A stretch of 64,000 bases of DNA from Patescibacteria group bacterium (GTDB lineage: Bacteria > Patescibacteriota > Patescibacteriia > UBA9934), in assembly GCA_049296775.1 (NCBI GenBank), contig JBAQTB010000001.1, positions 288,992 to 352,991 of the forward strand, given 5' to 3'. Every line of letters starts with the position of its first letter. Position 1 is the stretch's first letter. Of the stretch, positions 58,020 to 64,000 are shown piece by piece. The translations under genes were made by a program, and so were the position numbers. Below the pieces are notes generated by a model that saw only the letters and a program-made list of their open reading frames with translations, ran no database searches and had not been told where the DNA came from.

Positions 58020-58970
58020 ATGAGAAAAGAACTTGGACAAATTGAGCCAGTTCGTTTGCGTGATGTTTGGGCGACTGAACCAGAGTTTACGCGTTGGCTT
58101 GCGCAGAAAGATCATTTAACTGCGTTAGGAGAGGCACTTGGTTTAGATTTGACTCTTCTTGAAACAGAAGCTGGAGTTGGAGATTTTAGTGCAGATATTT
58201 TGGCTGCGACAGCGGAAGGGGGTGCAAGCGAGGAAAAGGTTATTATTGAAAATCAGTTTGGCACAACTGATCACGATCATCTAGGTAAGTTATTAACTTA
58301 TTCATCTGGTCGAGATGCGAGTTATATCGTATGGATTTTTGAGAACATAAGAGAGGAGCATAGACGGGCCATTGATTGGCTTAATGAGAACACAACTGAT
58401 GAAGTTTCTTTTTTTGCTGTACAGCTAGAGCTTTGGCAGATCGGTGTATCACTTCCCGCGCCGAAGTTCAGTGTTGTATGTCGACCTAATGATTTAGCAA
58501 AGACAGCTAAACGCCAAGCGGCAACTCGAGCTGAAATGAGTGAGGGTAAATTGCGGCAGCAGGAGTTTTGGGAGCAGTTTCGCGCCTTTGGTACTGAGCT
58601 TCAATCTGATCTCCGTTTCCGTACGCCACGACCGCAACACTGGTATGATCTTAGTATTGGTAGTAGTGATGCACGTATTTCACTTACCGTGAACACGAGG
58701 GAAGGGTTCATCGGTTGCGCTATTTATATTCCTGACAACAAGGAATTATTCGCCTTTCTTCAACAGGAGAGTGAGTCGATAGAAAGGGAGCTTGGTACAA
58801 GGCTTGAGTGGGTCGATCCGCCTGGTAAAAAAGCAGCGTATGCGATTCAGTATTTTACAGATTTTGATATTTTAGATGTCGCAAAGTATCCTGAGTGCTT
58901 CGACTGGTTGATTGGTCGTGCTACCGCTTTTCACCAAGTATTTGCACATCGAATTAAAAACCATGGGTAG
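58020..58970 (+). CDS. Hypothetical protein with PD-(D/E)xK-like nuclease motif arrangement
   Basis: GDFSADIL...VIIENQFGTTDHDHLGKLLTY: a D...ExQ arrangement reminiscent of PD-(D/E)xK folds. There is a second conserved-looking block IVWIFENIREEHRRAIDWLN. The assignment is weak. Confidence 0.4.
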   Translation: MRKELGQIEPVRLRDVWATEPEFTRWLAQKDHLTALGEALGLDLTLLETEAGVGDFSADILAATAEGGASEEKVIIENQFGTTDHDHLGKLLTYSSGRDASYIVWIFENIREEHRRAIDWLNENTTDEVSFFAVQLELWQIGVSLPAPKFSVVCRPNDLAKTAKRQAATRAEMSEGKLRQQEFWEQFRAFGTELQSDLRFRTPRPQHWYDLSIGSSDARISLTVNTREGFIGCAIYIPDNKELFAFLQQESESIERELGTRLEWVDPPGKKAAYAIQYFTDFDILDVAKYPECFDWLIGRATAFHQVFAHRIKNHG

Positions 58971-59004
58971 CGACTTCGATGCATGAAGTTACTCATCGTC
59001 ATTC

Positions 59005-59040
59005 ATCAAAAAAATCACCTGCCGAAGCAAGTGATTTTTT
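59005..59040. terminator. Bidirectional terminator
   Basis: aaaaaatcac ctgccgaagcaa gtgatttttt. Confidence 0.5.
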
Positions 59041-59114
59041 GGTGACCTCACCGGGAGTCGAACCCGGGTTACAGGCTTGAAAAGCCCGTGTCCTAACCAT
59101 TAGACGATGAGGCC
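59040..59114 (-). tRNA. tRNA-Glu (anticodon TTC)
   Basis: Reverse complement is GGCCTCA T CGTC TAATGGTTAGGACA CGGGC TTTTCAA GCCTG ... CCGGG TTCGACT CCCGG TGAGGTC A CCA. Confidence 0.85.
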
Positions 59115-59215
59115 AAGATGATCTTAGCCGCGAAAGAATACCTAAAAAAGCGTCTGTGGTCAAGCTGCGGTCTGGCGGGTGTTACGGCCAAGCAATTTCA
59201 AGCTTGTAAATTTGT

Positions 59216-59797
59216 TTAAGCTGCAAAACGTGAGTTTAGTTTTTCCCAATTTAAAGTCTGCATGAAGGCGTTGATGTAGTCGGACTTTTGGGCCGGCATA
59301 TAGTCGACCATGAAGGCGTGCTCCCACATGTCCATGGCCAAGATAACGGGCAGTCCGGCGAGGTGGCCAAGTTCATGATCGCTGACCCAGACGTTGTGAA
59401 AAGTGCTGGTTTTAGGGTCGAGGGTTAAAAGCACCCAGCCGATACCGCGCATCATGCCGATAGCTTTGAATTCTTGGGCCCAAGCTTCAAATGAGCCCCA
59501 TTGTTTGCTGAGGGCATCGACCAGTGTGCCGTTTGGTTGTCCGTCACCGCCGAGGGATTCAAAATAAAGTTCGTGTAAACGCATGCCGTTAAATTCAAAC
59601 CCAAAACGGCGCTTGAGCTCAGATAGGGCTAGGGCATTGGCTTCAGAATCGCTCATGAGCTCAGCGATTTTTGCAGTGATAGTGTTCACGTTTTTTACGT
59701 ATCCAGCGTAAAGTTTGAGGTGGACTTCTAGCTGTTTAGCAGATAGTCCTTGGACATTGTCTAGAGCGAAGGTTTGTTCAACGTAGGTCATAAACAT
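59216..59797 (-). CDS. sod: Fe/Mn superoxide dismutase
   Basis: DMWEHAF (Asp and His metal ligands) and the N-terminal EVHLKLYAGYVKNVN helix (His ligand). 193 aa. Confidence 0.85.
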   Translation of the reverse strand: MFMTYVEQTFALDNVQGLSAKQLEVHLKLYAGYVKNVNTITAKIAELMSDSEANALALSELKRRFGFEFNGMRLHELYFESLGGDGQPNGTLVDALSKQWGSFEAWAQEFKAIGMMRGIGWVLLTLDPKTSTFHNVWVSDHELGHLAGLPVILAMDMWEHAFMVDYMPAQKSDYINAFMQTLNWEKLNSRFAA

Positions 59798-59923
59798 CTC
59801 AAATTTAAGCTGGAATCTTCTGGTATTCAGGGTACAGGAATTTGCCCAATCACGCTATATTGCCAGGCATCATTGAGGTAATCACGCATGGACAGACTCA
59901 AGTTTATTCAGTAAAATTGCGTT

Positions 59924-60937
59924 ATGCGTATTTTAGCGATTGAAAGTAGCTGTGATGAAACTGCTGTAGCCATCCTGACTGGGGAGGGAGAGGTTTTGAC
60001 GTTGGAGAAGTCGATTGTGAGATCGCAAATTGAGTTGCATGAGACTTACGGTGGGGTGGTGCCGGAAGTGGCGGCGAGAGAGCATTTGCAGCTCATGGTG
60101 CCAAGTTTGCATCAGGCGCTAGCGTCTGTGCTTGATGGGGAAGTCGATCTGATCGCCGTGACGGCTGGTCCGGGTTTAGCTCCGGCTTTGCGGGTAGGGG
60201 TGGAGACGGCGAAGGCTTTGGCGTGGGCTTGGAATAAACCGTTGGTGGGGGTGTGTCATTTGGAGGGGCACATGTATGCGCCGTGGTTGGGCGAGAGTGT
60301 ACCGATGTTTCCGGCTTTGGCTCTGATTGTGTCAGGCGGACATACGGAATTGGTTTTGATGAAGGCTCATGGTCAGTTTGAGAGGCTGGGGGAGACGCTG
60401 GACGATGCTGCTGGAGAGGCTTTTGATAAGGTGGCAAAAATGTTGGGGCTTGGTTACCCGGGCGGACCAAAAGTTGCTCAGTTGGCGGAGAGCGGTAATG
60501 CTAAAGCTTTTGATTTTCCACGGGCCATGCTGGACAAGGACAATTTAGTGTTCAGCTTTGCGGGGTTGAAGACATCTGTTTTGTATACGCTCCGCAAACA
60601 TGAAGACCAGCTGAATGATCCCAAGTTTAAGGCCGATATTGCCGCGTCTTTTCAGGAAGCGGTGGTGGATGTGCTCGTCAAGAAAACTCTGCGAGCCATT
60701 GGGCAGGTTAAACCGGCTTCAGTAATTTTGGCCGGGGGAGTGGCGGCGAATTTGGCTTTGCGCGCACGACTTGACGAGGCTTGTAGTAGCGTCGACGTCC
60801 CGTTGTTCGTGCCCGAGTTCCAATACGCCATGGACAACGCCGCTATGATCGCCGTGGCCGGTTATTTTAGGGCTTTGCAGGGAGACTTTATCGACCCTGT
60901 GCTCTTGCAGGCTGATCCCAACATGGACATTCTTTAG
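59924..60937 (+). CDS. tsaD: tRNA N6-adenosine threonylcarbamoyltransferase TsaD (Kae1/YgjD)
   Basis: MRILAIESSCDETAVAI, CHLEGHMYA (HxxH metal site), SGGVAAN. Confidence 0.9.
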   Translation: MRILAIESSCDETAVAILTGEGEVLTLEKSIVRSQIELHETYGGVVPEVAAREHLQLMVPSLHQALASVLDGEVDLIAVTAGPGLAPALRVGVETAKALAWAWNKPLVGVCHLEGHMYAPWLGESVPMFPALALIVSGGHTELVLMKAHGQFERLGETLDDAAGEAFDKVAKMLGLGYPGGPKVAQLAESGNAKAFDFPRAMLDKDNLVFSFAGLKTSVLYTLRKHEDQLNDPKFKADIAASFQEAVVDVLVKKTLRAIGQVKPASVILAGGVAANLALRARLDEACSSVDVPLFVPEFQYAMDNAAMIAVAGYFRALQGDFIDPVLLQADPNMDIL

Positions 60938-61034
60938 ATAGCCACGATTGTTTGACCATCCTGAGGCGAATGCCGAAGGACGGGGTCTCGGTGGCCGGCT
61001 GCTAATCCTTCGTTACCTCAGGATGGGTAAAAAT

Positions 61035-61454
61035 ATGACATACACTTCCAAGTCTGCTGAAGATACGCAGAAAATTGCCGCTGACTTTGCCAAGACTCTA
61101 AAAGGTGGTGAGTTTATTAGTTTGATCGGAGATTTGGGAGCAGGGAAGACGACCTTTACGCGAGGCCTGGTTGAGGCCTTGGGCGGCACGGTCCGCGTCA
61201 AATCACCGACCTTCACCATCATGAACGAATATCCGGTTGATTTCGGTAACATTAAACGTGTCGTTCATATCGACTTTTATAGATTTTCTGATACTTCAGA
61301 ACTGGAGGCCCTGTCACTAGAAGACGAACGCCGGCCGGATACTGTCATTTTAGCCGAGTGGCCAGATGCCCTCTTCGGATATGAATTGAAGTCTAATTTG
61401 CTGGTTAGATTATATTTAATTACAATGAATGAGAGGAAGATTGAAATTATTTAA
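61035..61454 (+). CDS. tsaE: t6A biosynthesis ATPase TsaE (YjeE)
   Basis: LIGDLGAGKTTFTRGL P-loop and SPTFTIMNEY...HIDFYR. The ATG at 61035 is preferred over the ORF-track start at 60948. Confidence 0.8.
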   Translation: MTYTSKSAEDTQKIAADFAKTLKGGEFISLIGDLGAGKTTFTRGLVEALGGTVRVKSPTFTIMNEYPVDFGNIKRVVHIDFYRFSDTSELEALSLEDERRPDTVILAEWPDALFGYELKSNLLVRLYLITMNERKIEII

Positions 61455-61457
61455 TTT

Positions 61458-62021
61458 ATGGTTGAAAAAAGGGGCGGCTCACGTGAATTTTATTCTGGTA
61501 GAGAATTGGAAGTGGACGTATTCGGTAAGCCTAAGTTTCCCACCGAGTATGAACAGGCGTATCGGCGCCTAGCAAAGGAACGTGGCGGGTACCTGCCTTA
61601 CGAAAAGGCTCAATCTTTGATACGAGAGTTTACACCTGATGATCCAACTAACCCAAGTAAGGAATTTGCACGTGATTTGCGTTTAGCTATTTGCGAGATC
61701 TTGGAGCTGGAAGGGGAAGAGGCCGATATCGTTAAGATTTACAGTGCGCTTGGAACGGCATTAGATATTTACCATGGGGTGGATGCATGGATTGAGATTG
61801 ATCTAGATGGTTTGCATGCTGAAGCGAGTATGGATGTTACTCATAGAAGTGATAAGTTAGATGATGGACATAAGGCGGATGTAATTTTAGGCGACATCCT
61901 GGAGCCAGAAAACGCAAAGTACCTGGCTGAAGTAGATAAATACGCGGAGACTGTTGCGGATGTGTTGTTGGATGGACTTAGAAACGCTAGTAAAAAGGGA
62001 GTTAGAGCCGTTAGGAGATAA
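61458..62021 (+). CDS. Hypothetical protein
   Basis: 187-aa ORF tightly following tsaE and ended by a strong terminator. No recognisable motif. Confidence 0.45.
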   Translation: MVEKRGGSREFYSGRELEVDVFGKPKFPTEYEQAYRRLAKERGGYLPYEKAQSLIREFTPDDPTNPSKEFARDLRLAICEILELEGEEADIVKIYSALGTALDIYHGVDAWIEIDLDGLHAEASMDVTHRSDKLDDGHKADVILGDILEPENAKYLAEVDKYAETVADVLLDGLRNASKKGVRAVRR

Positions 62022-62026
62022 TATTA

Positions 62027-62066
62027 AAAGACCGCTATAGATTGACAAGGCGGTCTTTTTTTGTTA
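62027..62066 (+). terminator. Terminator
   Basis: aaaagaccgc tatagattgacaag gcggtctttttttg. Confidence 0.55.
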
Positions 62067-62095
62067 CTCTGTCCAGTTCCTAACTGGAGGTAGTT

Positions 62096-62374
62096 GTGGA
62101 AAATCAATGCATCGCTTGTGGGACCGGGCGTGGAGCTCGACCGGTAATCTGTGGTGATTGCGTCGATCCATCAGGGGTCTCTACTTACTGCAGGGGTTGT
62201 GGCTTTAGAATGCCTTTAGAGATCGCTGATGTTGGGTTACTCATGGACCATCTTGAGACTGAAATCGAGGTTCCGATGGGAACGGTACTAGTGTACCTCG
62301 TGCGGTGTCCGTTGTGTAGAGACACACATGATCCGTGCATATACCCGCAAAGACTCTTTTCGGTGATCGCGTGA
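62096..62374 (+). CDS. Small Cys-rich protein with four CxxC pairs (zinc-ribbon-like)
   Basis: CIAC, CGDC, CRGC, CPLC within 92 aa. GGAGG lies upstream. Confidence 0.45.
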   Translation: MENQCIACGTGRGARPVICGDCVDPSGVSTYCRGCGFRMPLEIADVGLLMDHLETEIEVPMGTVLVYLVRCPLCRDTHDPCIYPQRLFSVIA

Positions 62375-62386
62375 AGATCACGTATC

Positions 62387-62413
62387 TGGACCCACAAGTG
62401 GTGGGTCCTTTTT
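62387..62413. terminator. Bidirectional terminator between convergent genes
   Basis: ggacccac aagt ggtgggtcc tttttt. Confidence 0.55.
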
Positions 62414-63117
62414 TATCCAAACCGCAATAAAGTAGTCCCTACAATCGCGGCGGTTTCGGCGCGGAGGATGAGGTTGCCGAGGGTGACAATATGCGCTTGA
62501 GAGTTTTTAGCGAGGGTGATTTCTGGATCGGAAAAGCCGCCTTCTGGGCCAATGAATAAAGCGACCTCGCTAGATTTATGGAGTTTTGGCAGTTTTTCGC
62601 CACCGGATTCATGAAAGAAGAGGCGGATTGATTTTTCTGTGTAGGCCATGGCTTCACCGAGTTTGAGGGGTTCGGTGATGGTTGGCAGGGTCGTCCGACC
62701 GGATTGTTCGGCTGCTTCCCTCACAATATCGTTCCAACGTTTTGGAGTATCTTTTGGTCTTTTGATGACACGATCGGTGAGGAGGGGGATGAACTTAGCT
62801 GCTCCGAGTTCAGTGCATTTTTGCAGAGTCCATTCAAAAGTATCGCGTTTGGTCATGGCAGCACAGACGGTGATGCTGGGAAGAATCGGCTTTGAGATGT
62901 TTGAGCTACCGATCATGCCCATGATGGCAGTTTTGGTAATGTTGGTGATTTGGCCTTCTAGCTCTTCGCCGTCACCAATCATGAGACTGATGGGGTCGCC
63001 AAGTTTCATGCGTAGCACGGTGGAGATCTGTTTGTGTAGACTGCCGGCGGGGATACAAAAAGCTTCCGCTGATTTAGCGATCCATTCGGCGGGAACAAAG
63101 AACCTGGCGGTACGCAT
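62413..63117 (-). CDS. rsmE: 16S rRNA (uracil1498-N3)-methyltransferase RsmE
   Basis: PUA-like N-terminus; LFIGPEGGFS; LGNLILRAETA (SPOUT knot). Confidence 0.85.
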   Translation of the reverse strand: MRTARFFVPAEWIAKSAEAFCIPAGSLHKQISTVLRMKLGDPISLMIGDGEELEGQITNITKTAIMGMIGSSNISKPILPSITVCAAMTKRDTFEWTLQKCTELGAAKFIPLLTDRVIKRPKDTPKRWNDIVREAAEQSGRTTLPTITEPLKLGEAMAYTEKSIRLFFHESGGEKLPKLHKSSEVALFIGPEGGFSDPEITLAKNSQAHIVTLGNLILRAETAAIVGTTLLRFG

Positions 63118-63999
63118 TTAAATTCCGATAATTTTCTTAACTTCTTCCACTGAGGTTAACCCATCTACGGCCTTTAGTAAACCGTCTTGAGCCATGGTGA
63201 TCATGCCTTGAGCTTTAGCGACATCACGCATTTCGTATTCGGAAATACTGCCCTTCAGGATAGCTTGTTCAATAGCCTGGTCCTTGATCAGGATTTCGTA
63301 AATACCCAAACGGCCTTTATAGCCGCTGTCATTGCATTTATCACAGCCTTTTGGGCCCATGAATTGGACTTTGCTTAGATCGACCTTGGCTTCACCGGAG
63401 GCTTCCGAGATGTTGTCTAATTGAGCTTTAACTTCAGCGAGCAATTCTGGTTCCAGTGTAGTTGGTTGTTTACACGCGCATAAACGTCTGATGAGTCTTT
63501 GGCCCATGATGGCGTTGATAGCGGGGGCTAGGAGGTGAGGAGCTACGCCCATGGAGAGGAACCGTGGCACGGCTCCGGCGGCGTCATTGGTGTGAATAGT
63601 GGACAGGAGGAGATGACCGGTTAAAGCGGCTTGAATGGCAATTTCAGCCGTTTCAAGATCACGAATTTCTCCCACCATGACGATATCAGGATCCTGACGC
63701 AGAATCGAACGTAAGCCTTTAGCAAAAGTGTAGTCCTTGCTGTAATCAATCTGGCTTTGATTGAGACCTTTGACTTTATATTCAACCGGATCTTCCAGGG
63801 TAATGATTTTTACGTCTTTGGTGTTGAGTTTGCTCAAAATCGCGTAGAGCGTAGTGGTTTTACCGGAGCCAGTTGGTCCGGTGGTGATGATCATGCCGTT
63901 TGGACGCTCGATCTCTCTTGTTAGGCGCTTCAGGGAGGCCGGTCTAAAACCAAGTTTTTCGAATTCTAACGCAATCGTGTCAGGATTCAGTAAACGCAT
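63118..63999 (-). CDS. Type II secretion / type IV pilus assembly ATPase (GspE/PilB family), C-terminal part only; the N-terminus lies beyond the window edge
   Basis: TGPTGSGKTTTL Walker A; the VGEIRD Asp box; the ATGHLLLSTIHTNDA His box; a C-terminal CDKCNDSGYKGRLGIYE Zn-binding motif. Its stop is 1 nt from the rsmE start. Confidence 0.8.
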   Translation of the reverse strand: MRLLNPDTIALEFEKLGFRPASLKRLTREIERPNGMIITTGPTGSGKTTTLYAILSKLNTKDVKIITLEDPVEYKVKGLNQSQIDYSKDYTFAKGLRSILRQDPDIVMVGEIRDLETAEIAIQAALTGHLLLSTIHTNDAAGAVPRFLSMGVAPHLLAPAINAIMGQRLIRRLCACKQPTTLEPELLAEVKAQLDNISEASGEAKVDLSKVQFMGPKGCDKCNDSGYKGRLGIYEILIKDQAIEQAILKGSISEYEMRDVAKAQGMITMAQDGLLKAVDGLTSVEEVKKIIGI

Positions 64000-64000
64000 G

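Overview
This 64 kb window reads as a mostly housekeeping stretch of a small, gene-dense bacterial chromosome of moderate GC. The long-range features fit a reduced-genome lineage, possibly CPR/Patescibacteria-like, but that is inference only. All features below were identified by eye from the ORF translations and the DNA; no searches or computations were run.

Syntenic core genes, in order:
- ychF
- rpsF-ssb-rpsR
- epmA-efp
- ftsK
- recA
- rpoB-rpoC
- ruvC
- nrnA
- smc
- rpsP, a KH-domain protein and trmD
- a stand-alone 16S rRNA gene
- rnhB
- a suf Fe-S assembly cluster ordered sufB-D-S-U-C
- clpP
- sod
- tsaD-tsaE
- rsmE
- a 5' partial pilB/gspE-type ATPase at the right edge

Five tRNAs are present: Trp, Phe, Ile, Pro and Glu. 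Four of them are on the minus strand.

Several things stand out from this backbone:
1. A family of four small paralogous helical proteins sits at the 3' end of unrelated conserved operons, directly after ftsK, rpoC, trmD and sufC, each closed by its own terminator.
2. A tRNA-Glu-bounded mosaic island lies at about 54.3-59.1 kb. It contains a GC-rich orphan gene with a long structured leader, an AT-rich AAA+ ATPase, an IS3-like transposase HTH fragment, a DUF2188 gene and a PD-(D/E)xK-like protein.
3. An HUH (Y1, IS200/RAYT-like) transposase is preceded by an inverted doublet of GTAG-initiated palindromes, which look like REP elements.
4. A near-perfect 76-bp direct repeat carries a strong hairpin and brackets a GC-rich two-gene insertion beside a MazG-like gene.
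5. The SMC protein is unusually short and has no recognisable hinge.
6. The 16S gene is unlinked and has its own terminators and flanking processing stem. tRNA-Ile(GAT) and tRNA-Phe lie downstream on the opposite strand. Two universal primer sites (338 and 515 regions) carry substitutions.
7. Several visibly GC-rich orphan genes are scattered through the window. Two of them are paralogues sharing an ELLAHAA motif.
8. The clpP-proximal intergenic region has a 15-bp long-range stem and is a candidate ncRNA.

No CRISPR array, intact prophage or integrase was seen. Functional labels on the orphan genes are tentative.
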